Shown: one piece after another, positions 53,056 to 61,812 of the stretch | Numbering within the stretch: position 1 is the stretch's first letter | Layout: every line of letters starts with the position of its first letter | Assembly (NCBI GenBank): GCA_943354605.1 | Contig: CALRCK010000001.1 | Coordinates: 84,936 to 148,935 of the forward strand | Length of the DNA stretch: 64,000 bases | Origin: Candidatus Uhrbacteria bacterium | GTDB lineage: Bacteria > Patescibacteriota > Patescibacteriia > UBA9934 | Reading direction: 5' to 3' | Program-made: the position numbers and the translations under genes | The notes under the pieces: generated by a model | Database searches by the model: none | What the model was told of the DNA's origin: nothing | What the model saw: only the letters and a program-made list of their open reading frames with translations

Positions 53056-53790
53056 TGAAGACTCCGAATGAGACGAATGCGTTGGGTCGATGTGGTGTCG
53101 TTTGGCCGGAAGGATTACCGGTTACACGTCTTACAGGACTTAATTGCGAGTCGCTCTCATCGTCCATAATCCTCTGTACTTGGGATCGTGAACGTTGAGA
53201 GCGGCTGGAGCGGAACGCTTTGCAGCGGTACTCCAGATGCTCATATAGGATCTCTTCGGTTGTGAAGGATTATTGTCGTCCGAACTTGTGATAAGGACTG
53301 CCCCGACATTGTTTGTCTTGCGACGAACCATGTGGGGTGCACTCTTTACCACTGCGTGATCTGTGGTCACTGCAGGGGGAAGTCGGGTTGTAGGCATTCG
53401 AAGGTATCGAATCCTGCGTATTCCTCCCGGTTCCGGTCGTTGCTGGCGTTTCGTCGTCAGCACAGAAGCTGATAATGGTACGAGTCACGACTTCTCTCTC
53501 AGGGCGTTTCCCTAAGTAGTCGCTCATGTCATCATCGCGTCGTTTCCTCCTTCGCTAAAGCTTCGGAGGACAAGGCTTTTTTGACTCAACTCGCTCTCTC
53601 GCGAGGAATCAGAAAAGGCAGGATTCAATCTTTCGTGTATCGAGAGATGGAATCCTGCCTTAGCCAGATCCGCTATACTGCGAAGTGGCACGGCCCTTTG
53701 TCGTGTGGGCGTCACGCTCTCTCTAGGTTGATTGTTTGGAAGGTTCTGATGAAGTTCTCGTCTTGTTCTCTTGCCTCACTTCATCGTGCT
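53056..53790 (-). ncRNA. Long hairpin-dense non-coding leader or candidate ncRNA(s)
   Basis: No credible ORF. At least 8 consecutive stems. Promoter TTGACA-17-TATGGT at about 53794-53822 on the minus strand. Terminator-like stem at 53615-53661. Confidence 0.5.
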
Positions 53791-53947
53791 TATACCATAC
53801 CATAATTCCATGGAAGTGTCAAATACTTCTGGGCAATACAAGCAATTCATAGCGAATATTAGCCAAGAAACTATCCACAGTACTGTATTGCAGCATTTGG
53901 CAAAACAGCGATATAGTGTCAAAAGTGACGGATAAATCTCCATCTTT

Positions 53948-54703
53948 ATGCTCTTCTCTGATATCCTTTCCCGCCTTGGACTTGCTGAAAACGAGGCAAA
54001 AATCTACGAGATACTCCTTTTAAAGGGGGAAACCAAGGCGCGAGATTTGCTGGACGACTCCGGTTTAAGCCGCGGCAACGTCTATAACATGCTGACATCG
54101 CTCACGGCCCGGGGTTTTATTCAGGTCATTGAAGGCAAACAACAAACATACCGCGTAACAGATCCCGCCAAGCTCTCCTCCTTAGTAGAGGAGCGAAAGC
54201 GGGGGATTGAACGGCTAGACGCCGAATTCAAAGAAACCCTGCCAAGAATGCTCTCCACGTTTTCTTTGACGACAGGCAGGCCAACGGTAAGGGTCTTTGA
54301 AGGAATCGACGGAATCGAAGAAGCGCTCAATGATTCGCTGCTTGCAACGGGGGAGATCCGAACATATGTAGACAATGCTGCGGTGGTCGGCGACGTTCTC
54401 GCAGTGAATGATCGCTACGTGAAGCGCCGACTCGCAAAAAAGATTGTCAAAAAGATGATCGTGAGCGACACACCAGAATTGCGAAAACTCTTTTCAACTC
54501 TCGTAAACGAGTTCACGCTCGTCGCGTTCATTCCGCAATTCCCCACAACCTTTCAAAGTGCCATGGAAATGTACGACGACACCGTGTCCTACATCACACT
54601 CACCCCAGAAAAAATGATTGCCGTATTGCTTACGGATCCAGCAATCGCATCGTTAGAAAAACAAAAGTTCGATTTTTTGTGGAATCAGTATTACGCAGCC
54701 TGA
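53948..54703 (+). CDS. TrmB-family transcriptional regulator
   Basis: LGLAENEAKIYEILL..SRGNVYNML and PTVRVFEGIDG. Confidence 0.85.
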   Translation: MLFSDILSRLGLAENEAKIYEILLLKGETKARDLLDDSGLSRGNVYNMLTSLTARGFIQVIEGKQQTYRVTDPAKLSSLVEERKRGIERLDAEFKETLPRMLSTFSLTTGRPTVRVFEGIDGIEEALNDSLLATGEIRTYVDNAAVVGDVLAVNDRYVKRRLAKKIVKKMIVSDTPELRKLFSTLVNEFTLVAFIPQFPTTFQSAMEMYDDTVSYITLTPEKMIAVLLTDPAIASLEKQKFDFLWNQYYAA

Positions 54704-56868
54704 CGTTCTTGAGAAAAAGTCACTGCTGCTTCGAACGCGATATATCGCAATGTCGGGTTGAGCGGATCAGAAAAATATTTCGTCGCAACTTGGCCGTGTG
54801 CCGTTTGACGGGCGACGGCATCAAGAATTGCATCGTCGCCGTGCGAAAGATCGAAGCGTTCAATGTGGGGATGTGCGCCATAGTGTCGATTTTTTTCGTC
54901 GTCGCGTTCAAGTTTCAGATCGCGAATCACGGTTCCATCGGGTGCGATCTCCTCGTCGATTCCCACAATGTTCAATCCAAAATCATTCACGTATTTCATT
55001 GCTACCGGAAGAGACGCTGGAACATGAGCGGTGATGACGTGAGTTTTTGCAAGGGAATCAATTGTGCTTTGCAACATGGCCTCACCAATGCCGGAACTTC
55101 GATACACATCGTTCACGTTTAACGATCCCGCATACAACGAGCCATGATCCTGTTCATCAAATCGTACCGAAGCGGCAATATTGTTACCCTTACGAAGAAT
55201 AACGAATCGCGATCGAGGATTCTTGAACGAATCTTCAAGGCTCTTCCGCGTGCTTTCCAAAAGTTCCGGTGCTTGTTTGCTCCAATTCTCGGTGAGAATA
55301 CTGACCATCGATGCCTTATCGGCGTCTGTAAGTTCGTTTGATGATACCGATTCCAGATGTACATCTTTGATGTCCTCAAACTTCACATCCTGTCCCTTTT
55401 GCGTAATTTTAAACATGCTCGCAAACAACACGATGTCGCTTTTGAATCGTGCAAGTTTTGACGTGATCGACGATGCATCGGCGGATTCTGCAGTGACAAG
55501 AAGATCTTTGGCACGCGAAAGGAGTTCTGTGCGGACGGCATCGGCGTTGTAGGTTTTGTCCTTCGCAAAGAAGCGCTTGCCAAGCGTGTCCGCAGTTTCC
55601 TGTGCAAACGTAACAATCTCGCTAAAGCTTTTGAAAATCTGTTTTGCATCGTCCTCAGAAAACTTTTCCGCGATTGCAAGCACCGTTCCACGAAAACCAT
55701 CACCAAACTCCGTGGAAAGAAATGCCCGAGCACCGTCAATGCCGAATCGATGAATCGTTCCAATAATTCGTTTCTCCTCCGCAGCCGTAATTTTTCGCAG
55801 CGTCCCAATCACCGAAACCTGTTCGCGAAGCGTGAGCTGTTCAATAGGGAAGCCGAAGTCTTTGCTAAACTGTTCTCGCATGCCGATGTCAAAGGTGAAT
55901 GTAATATCGTCGGCAATATCGGGGAGCGCAAGATCGGGGTCTTTGTCTACGGGAACAAATCTGAAATCCTGGATATTACGAACGCCAAGAAGACGTCCCA
56001 TAGCATCGAACGCACCAACTTTTTCCGGAGCAATTTGGGTAATAATAAAATGAGCATCATCAACATTCTTTCGAAGCATTGGTGTATCAAGTGAGCGAAC
56101 GACTTGGGTCCAAAGATATTCAGTGACGCCTTCATCGCCAGTCAGATATGGATCGATACGAAAAATCTCTTCATCAGACATCGCGGCAACCGTTTCGGAT
56201 GTTTCAAGAGTAATCCTTGGGAATTGAAGGTAAAGGTTTCGAAGCGCCGTGGGGTCGTGAGGAAGTGAAACGCTCTGCCGAGCATTCATGGCCTCCACTT
56301 TTCTGCGGAGCAGGGGATTGCTTGCAAGAGAATCGGGATCTTCAATGATAAAACTATGCTCGTCGACAGGATAAAAATGAAGGGGATCACCAGCAAGCGT
56401 ACGAAGTGCATCATTGGAAAATTGACTGAGAGCGGTATCATAGTATTCGCCGTGTTCCTTGGCGGCGATGATGGTGGAGTCGAGTAAAGAAAGGAACCGG
56501 CCGCTGAGACGAATATTTGCGTTCCAATACGATTCTTCTCCGAGTACGCCGTAACAAATGTCCTGGACCCAGCGTCGTAATTTCTTGTCATGACTCCATG
56601 CGTCATCGAGGGTAACAATGGAAGTGACCCGTGCAAGAACATCATGCCATCGCTCGACGGTGCCGAATGTGGCGACAGGTTCAGCTGGAATGAACTCATT
56701 GTATTGCAAGTGCAATGATTGGAGCGCATTTTGGAGTTCGAGAACACGAGGATGAGAGATTTCTTGAGGACGTTCTTTTTTGGGGACAGAATTCCCCCGG
56801 GTGCTCAAATAGTGTGAAACGCTTTGTTCGCCGGCCGCCCTACTTCGCCATGATCCACCTTCGGCCAT
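54691..56868 (-). CDS. Large protein with C-terminal GNAT acetyltransferase domain
   Basis: LYAGSLNVNDVYRSSGIGEAML acetyl-CoA-binding motif. Confidence 0.7.
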   Translation of the reverse strand: MAEGGSWRSRAAGEQSVSHYLSTRGNSVPKKERPQEISHPRVLELQNALQSLHLQYNEFIPAEPVATFGTVERWHDVLARVTSIVTLDDAWSHDKKLRRWVQDICYGVLGEESYWNANIRLSGRFLSLLDSTIIAAKEHGEYYDTALSQFSNDALRTLAGDPLHFYPVDEHSFIIEDPDSLASNPLLRRKVEAMNARQSVSLPHDPTALRNLYLQFPRITLETSETVAAMSDEEIFRIDPYLTGDEGVTEYLWTQVVRSLDTPMLRKNVDDAHFIITQIAPEKVGAFDAMGRLLGVRNIQDFRFVPVDKDPDLALPDIADDITFTFDIGMREQFSKDFGFPIEQLTLREQVSVIGTLRKITAAEEKRIIGTIHRFGIDGARAFLSTEFGDGFRGTVLAIAEKFSEDDAKQIFKSFSEIVTFAQETADTLGKRFFAKDKTYNADAVRTELLSRAKDLLVTAESADASSITSKLARFKSDIVLFASMFKITQKGQDVKFEDIKDVHLESVSSNELTDADKASMVSILTENWSKQAPELLESTRKSLEDSFKNPRSRFVILRKGNNIAASVRFDEQDHGSLYAGSLNVNDVYRSSGIGEAMLQSTIDSLAKTHVITAHVPASLPVAMKYVNDFGLNIVGIDEEIAPDGTVIRDLKLERDDEKNRHYGAHPHIERFDLSHGDDAILDAVARQTAHGQVATKYFSDPLNPTLRYIAFEAAVTFSQERQAA

Positions 56869-56869
56869 A

Positions 56870-57853
56870 TTACTTCCTCTTCATTACACTCTTCGCCGCC
56901 CTCACAATCCATGGCGCGGTGAGGTGGTAGTGCTCCAGAAGTTCTTCCGGCTTTCCAGACTGGCCAAATTCGTCGCGCATTCCCATTCGGATTACCGGAG
57001 TAGGGCATTCTTGCGACAGCAGCTCGCAGACTGCGCTGCCCATACCGCCGGCGATCTGTGCTTCCTCCACGGTCACGACGGCGCCACATTCTTTCGCGGC
57101 CTTTATGATCGTCTCGGTATCAAGCGGCTTTACGGAGACGCAATTGATCACGCGAGTTTCGATTCCGGATTTTTCAAGATCGCGAGCCGCCTTGAGTGCT
57201 TCGTACACTTGTGGCCCACAAGCGATGATGGCGACATCGTTTCCTTTGCTGAGCACTTGCGCCTTACCAACTTCGAATGGGGATTTTTCGGTGGTGAAGA
57301 TTGGCGTTGCTTCACGACCAAGGCGAACATACACGGGGCCGTCGATTTCCGCGGCGGCGATTGTTGCTTTCTCTGCCTCAATTGCGTCGCACGGCACAAG
57401 GACCGTCATGTTCGGCAGTACACGCATTAATGCGATGTCCTCAGTCATTTGATGCGTTGCGCCGTCGGGGCCAACGGAAATACCGGCATGTGCACCGGCA
57501 ATTTTGAGATTGACGTTCTGCAAGCATCCTGTGGTGCGGATTTGCTCCCAGTTTCGACCGGGAGAGAATGCGGCGTAGCTCGCGATAAACGGAATTTTTC
57601 CTGCGAGCGCCATGCCAGAAGCGATTGCGGCGAGAGATTGTTCGGAAACGCCAATCTGAATGTACCGATCTGGAAACGCATGCTTAAAATCGAGAACACG
57701 TGTGGACTCGCTCAAGTCCGCGCACAGTGCCACAACGGATACATTCCGTTTTCCGGCCTCAACCAAGCCTCTACCGAAGCCATTGCGCGTTGGTTCGGTT
57801 TTGATGGTTTTTGCAAAAAGGTCTTTGACGAGTTTTGCGGAAGAAACGATCAT
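56870..57853 (-). CDS. Transketolase C-terminal subunit
   Basis: ADLSEST, GVSEQ, HAGISVGPDGATHQ and GPVYVRLGR. Confidence 0.93.
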   Translation of the reverse strand: MIVSSAKLVKDLFAKTIKTEPTRNGFGRGLVEAGKRNVSVVALCADLSESTRVLDFKHAFPDRYIQIGVSEQSLAAIASGMALAGKIPFIASYAAFSPGRNWEQIRTTGCLQNVNLKIAGAHAGISVGPDGATHQMTEDIALMRVLPNMTVLVPCDAIEAEKATIAAAEIDGPVYVRLGREATPIFTTEKSPFEVGKAQVLSKGNDVAIIACGPQVYEALKAARDLEKSGIETRVINCVSVKPLDTETIIKAAKECGAVVTVEEAQIAGGMGSAVCELLSQECPTPVIRMGMRDEFGQSGKPEELLEHYHLTAPWIVRAAKSVMKRK

Positions 57854-57890
57854 AGAGAAAAGAAACCTCGCAATAAACGACCTGACCCCT

Positions 57891-58772
57891 TCAGGAACCT
57901 GCTTCAATAGCGCCATTGAGTGTTCTCAGCTCTCGCAAGGCTCTTCCAAGTTCCTTTCGATCTTTCGGCGGCTTGCCATGCCAGCTTGGCTCGCACTCCA
58001 TGAAGGAGACGCCTTTGCCGGGAATGGTGTGTGCGATGATGACCGTTGGGGCTTCCCATGTGCTCTCCCCACGATCACAGGCGTTGATGATGTCGCGAAT
58101 GTTATGGCCGTCAATCTCCAGAACATTCCACCCAAATGCAGTAAATTTATCGTGAAGTGGCTCCAGCGGCATGATGTCTTCGGTGTAGCCGTCGATTTGA
58201 ATGTTGTTTCGGTCGATGATCCACGTGAGATTGTTCAGCTGGTTTTTTGCGGCGAAGAGTGCGGCTTCCCACGTAATTCCGCATTCCAGTTCGCCGTCGC
58301 TCATCACGCAGTAGGTGTGCCACGGGGAACCGTCCATTTTTGCAACATATGCCGTGCCGACGGCTTGCGAAGATCCGTCGCCGAGAGGTCCAGACGTGTT
58401 CTCGAGTCCTGGGAGAAATCGCATTTCTGGATGCCCTTGGAGACGAGATCCGAACTTTCGCAAGGTTTGGAGCTCCGCGACAGGAAAATATCCCGCGTGG
58501 GCCATGGTGACGTACCGCACTGGAACAATGTGACCGTTGCTGAGAAAGAGTCGATCGCGTTCGTCCCATGTTGGACGCTTGGGATTATGGTGGAGAATGT
58601 GAAAGTAGAGCGCGGTAAAAATATCCGCCATGCCGAGTGGGCCAGCACTATGGCCGCTTCCCGCAGTAAGGAGCATTTTCAAAATATCCTCGCGAATGGT
58701 GTTCGCGATGAGCTCGAGCTTGCGGACATCGCCATCGGTGATGGCAGAGGGGGTATGTCGACGTTGCGGCAT
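57891..58772 (-). CDS. Transketolase N-terminal subunit
   Basis: GSGHSAG, DRLFLSNGH, LQGHP, SDGELECG..WEA (TPP motif) and WHGK. Confidence 0.93.
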   Translation of the reverse strand: MPQRRHTPSAITDGDVRKLELIANTIREDILKMLLTAGSGHSAGPLGMADIFTALYFHILHHNPKRPTWDERDRLFLSNGHIVPVRYVTMAHAGYFPVAELQTLRKFGSRLQGHPEMRFLPGLENTSGPLGDGSSQAVGTAYVAKMDGSPWHTYCVMSDGELECGITWEAALFAAKNQLNNLTWIIDRNNIQIDGYTEDIMPLEPLHDKFTAFGWNVLEIDGHNIRDIINACDRGESTWEAPTVIIAHTIPGKGVSFMECEPSWHGKPPKDRKELGRALRELRTLNGAIEAGS

Positions 58773-58858
58773 GCGGGAAGTATAGCAAGAAACAAAAATC
58801 ACTCGCAGTGTCGCGAGTGACTTTTGTGATGAACCGAGTTGATAGAGAGGAGGCTCGA

Positions 58859-59662
58859 TTATTCTGCCACGTAGATCGCGCCGGTGTTCCCACTATCGTA
58901 GCTATCGAAGAATGTGTAGGTTCCCGCTTCGCTGAAGCGGTGGGTGAATGTTCCACCCGCTTCCATGGTTCCGGTGCCCCAGGAAAGATCGTCGCTCGTT
59001 GCCGTGTGCTTTTCGGTATCGGTATTGGTGAAGGTGACGGTTTCGCCTGCGCTGATCGTCACGTCGATCGGGCTGTAGCCGTTGCTGGTAATGCTGATGT
59101 TTTCTGGAGCGGTGAGGCTTTTATCGATATTAATACTTGTTGCCGCAGCGCTTTCGGTGGTTGATGAGTAGTCGCCAGACGCTTCGATCGCATCGCCAAT
59201 GGTGTAGTTACTGAAGAATCCATCTGGGACGTCGTCAATTTTGGTGTTCCATGTGCTGCCGTACAGTGCGGTTGCGATGGATTCGCTGGTGACATGGCGA
59301 AGCACGCCACCTGCGCTAATAGCGTAGGTTTTTGGATCAGAGTTGATTTTGATCATTTTGCTTCCTGGTTTGTACGTGACGTTGCCGCCCATCTGGATTT
59401 TTGCGAGATCTGCATCTGAAAGGAACTTCACGCTATCAAAGTTGCTATACCACGTAAAATACGTTTTGTCGTTTGGAAAAACGTAGCGGAAGCCATCGGC
59501 GCCCATGTAGTACACAGCGGAGAAGGTGGTGCCGCGAATGAGATCGCCGGAGACAACGCTGGACGACGCCTGCACGCGGTTGGTGTGCCACAGACCCACG
59601 GCGCCAACGATAGCAGCAACAGCAATGAACGAGCCAATGAACGAAAATGCGCGTTTGGTCAT
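58859..59662 (-). CDS. Secreted protein with C-terminal cupredoxin-like domain
   Basis: AGETVTFTNTD...HTAT and GTYTFF. The canonical Cys/His/Met copper ligands are missing at the C-terminus. Confidence 0.7.
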   Translation of the reverse strand: MTKRAFSFIGSFIAVAAIVGAVGLWHTNRVQASSSVVSGDLIRGTTFSAVYYMGADGFRYVFPNDKTYFTWYSNFDSVKFLSDADLAKIQMGGNVTYKPGSKMIKINSDPKTYAISAGGVLRHVTSESIATALYGSTWNTKIDDVPDGFFSNYTIGDAIEASGDYSSTTESAAATSINIDKSLTAPENISITSNGYSPIDVTISAGETVTFTNTDTEKHTATSDDLSWGTGTMEAGGTFTHRFSEAGTYTFFDSYDSGNTGAIYVAE

Positions 59663-59719
59663 AGAAGATTAGGATGTTCTCCAAAGTGAACGTCCTAAAA
59701 GATTATAGTAAAGATGATA

Positions 59720-60409
59720 TCAAATCTTCCGAATGTCGGGAAGCGATGTGCTGTGTGTGAGATGTTGATAGGCATCGTGAGGCCGTTTTGCAGACCAAAT
59801 TGCGCTTGTTGCAACAACGGCATCCGCGCCAGCAGAAACGACGGATTGTACCGTCTCTGCATGCATTCCGCCATCAACCGCGAGAGTGAGCGACGGATAG
59901 AGGGATCGCGTTCTCCGGATCTTCGCCAGAATCGGTTCGCCAAGAAATGGTTTGCCTGACGCGCCGGGCTCAACGCCCATGATGAGGACGCGGTTGGGGA
60001 GTTGCGGAAGAGTGTCGAGGATATCCGGTGATGTTCGCGGACACAGTGCAACGCCGGTTTCGAGGCGAAGTTCACGGATACGATCGAGTATTGGGGCGAT
60101 CGGCCTTTCAATTTCGGCGTGAACAATCGCACGAATCGTTTCCGGAACAATCGACTTCCATTGTTCGATAATGGGCATGGGATTCTGGACCATGCAATGT
60201 AATTCGATATTGGGAATTGTAGAGACGGCCCGCTGGGCCGTCTTCGATCGAGCCGCCGCCGCATCACAAAAACACGTTGCACCGAACATCGTTCCGTCGA
60301 GAATATCGATGTGCGCCGTCATTCCTGGTTGCCAAAAGCCGCGGAAAAAGAGTTTTTCCCGAAGCTCTGCGGCATCTTGGGCAAGAATTCCGGGAAGCAC
60401 CTCGAGCAT
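59720..60409 (-). CDS. rpe: Ribulose-phosphate 3-epimerase
   Basis: HIDILDG, ELHCMV, MGVEPGASG and VDGG. Confidence 0.88.
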   Translation of the reverse strand: MLEVLPGILAQDAAELREKLFFRGFWQPGMTAHIDILDGTMFGATCFCDAAAARSKTAQRAVSTIPNIELHCMVQNPMPIIEQWKSIVPETIRAIVHAEIERPIAPILDRIRELRLETGVALCPRTSPDILDTLPQLPNRVLIMGVEPGASGKPFLGEPILAKIRRTRSLYPSLTLAVDGGMHAETVQSVVSAGADAVVATSAIWSAKRPHDAYQHLTHSTSLPDIRKI

Positions 60410-60413
60410 AGCG

Positions 60414-60863
60414 CTATTCGTTTTCTTCAATCTTCGCAATTTCCTTTACCCGTCGTTCGTGCCGCTCTTCGCCGGAAAAGTTCGTTTCGATGAACGTATC
60501 AACAATCGCGAGAGGTTTATCGGCGGTAGCGATCCGTCCGGAGAGGCACAGAACGTTTCCATCGTCATCACTTCTGAGACTTCGTGCAGCAGGAATGGAA
60601 AAGCCGATCCCGGCGCGGATTCCGTCGAATTTATTCGCGGCAATACAGATTCCTTCTGCACTTCCGCACACCAAAATCCCAAGTGAACGTGGATTCTCCC
60701 GTACAACGCCAGCCACCCGAGCGGCGTACGTCGGATAGTCGTCGTTCATATCCAAAACATGCGCGCCAAGATCTTCAACGTCGGTCCCGCGATCCTGCAA
60801 GTGGCGCTTCACACTTTCTTTGAGCGCATATCCGGCGTGGTCGGCTCCCAAGTACACAATCAT
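60414..60863 (-). CDS. rpiB: Ribose-5-phosphate isomerase B
   Basis: GADHAGY, DDYP, GILVCGS, ANKFDGIRA and RHERRV. Confidence 0.92.
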   Translation of the reverse strand: MIVYLGADHAGYALKESVKRHLQDRGTDVEDLGAHVLDMNDDYPTYAARVAGVVRENPRSLGILVCGSAEGICIAANKFDGIRAGIGFSIPAARSLRSDDDGNVLCLSGRIATADKPLAIVDTFIETNFSGEERHERRVKEIAKIEENE

Positions 60864-60934
60864 ATGTTGCAAGTATACCGCGCATTGTGTGCTCATCATG
60901 GAATTGGTACAGTCGCCGCGCACAAGGAAACGAC

Positions 60935-61660
60935 ATGACCATTGTTCCTCTTACGCATTCGCCTCGCTTTTGGGAACGGGTGTGGGGAGGGCTTCTTCGC
61001 ACCAAGATCCGCGTTCCGCCGCAACCAACACTTCCGGCCTTTCTCGCGGACGCCGCAACACTTGCTCGCTACAAGCTTCTCCTCGTCTACATTCCACCGG
61101 GTATCACGGAGGAGCGATATCCGCGGTCGTTCGTGAAGCCCGGGTGGGAGCAGCTTCAGAAATACCGCCCGACCGTGGTGGAACATCTTCCACTGCGCGG
61201 TGGCTGGGCGCTCGTCGAAGCAATTCAGAAGCCCGACTGGCTCCCGAATAACGGGTACCTGGACGACGTCCTCATCGCGGAATGGGACATTGGGAAGCGG
61301 TACGAAATTCCGTGGACGATTGCAGTTCGGCTCGCATCGGAAGGTGTCGAAAAGAAGTTTGCACTTCCTTCGCGAAGCGCTTTTCTTATGTCGGCCGAAG
61401 AGTGGAGCCTCACCGCGAACCTCTTTAATTGGCTTCGTCGCCGTCGGTGTATCGCGCTTCCGAACCTCGGAGCCACGAATTCCTCGGAATGGTGTAGAAA
61501 TGCTGTTCCGCACGAAATGTCGGCCGATGGACAGCGGGGGAAACACGGGCTGACGATTGGCTGGAAGACGAGTGGCGGGCTTGCAAATCTCAGCCACTGG
61601 GACGAGGCATCACGGTCCACCGGATTTCGGTTCATCATCTGGCTCGAGCCTGCGGCTTGA
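60935..61660 (+). CDS. CLec/FGE-sulfatase-like, DGR-target-like protein
   Basis: SAEEW..NLF..SEWCRN..GGLANL.HW...S.GFR terminus. AAGGA lies 6 nt before the ATG. 3' hairpin at 61669-61702. Confidence 0.55.
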   Translation: MTIVPLTHSPRFWERVWGGLLRTKIRVPPQPTLPAFLADAATLARYKLLLVYIPPGITEERYPRSFVKPGWEQLQKYRPTVVEHLPLRGGWALVEAIQKPDWLPNNGYLDDVLIAEWDIGKRYEIPWTIAVRLASEGVEKKFALPSRSAFLMSAEEWSLTANLFNWLRRRRCIALPNLGATNSSEWCRNAVPHEMSADGQRGKHGLTIGWKTSGGLANLSHWDEASRSTGFRFIIWLEPAA

Positions 61661-61812
61661 GCTACAACGCATCGCGCTTCGGGGCACGCCCGGAGCGCGA
61701 TGGTGCGTTTTGTGATCGGTGTACGTCTGGCTGGCGGGGATTTGGCGTTTTTGCTACCATCCGTACATCACAATTTATCGAGCGCGGCGTTCCGTTGCTC
61801 CATTTGCCTGAT

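Noticed and set aside
53370-53475. RNase P RNA or tmRNA as the identity of the long non-coding region
   Set aside because: GGGGAAGTCGGG and ACAGAAGCTGATA only loosely resemble the P4 strands and are too close together. No tRNA-like ends are visible.
53545-53570. TCCTCCTTCGCTAAAGCTTCGGAGGA hairpin as a functional part of the leader
   Set aside because: It resembles a common short REP-like palindrome, so it is more likely an insertion and is not counted as ncRNA evidence.
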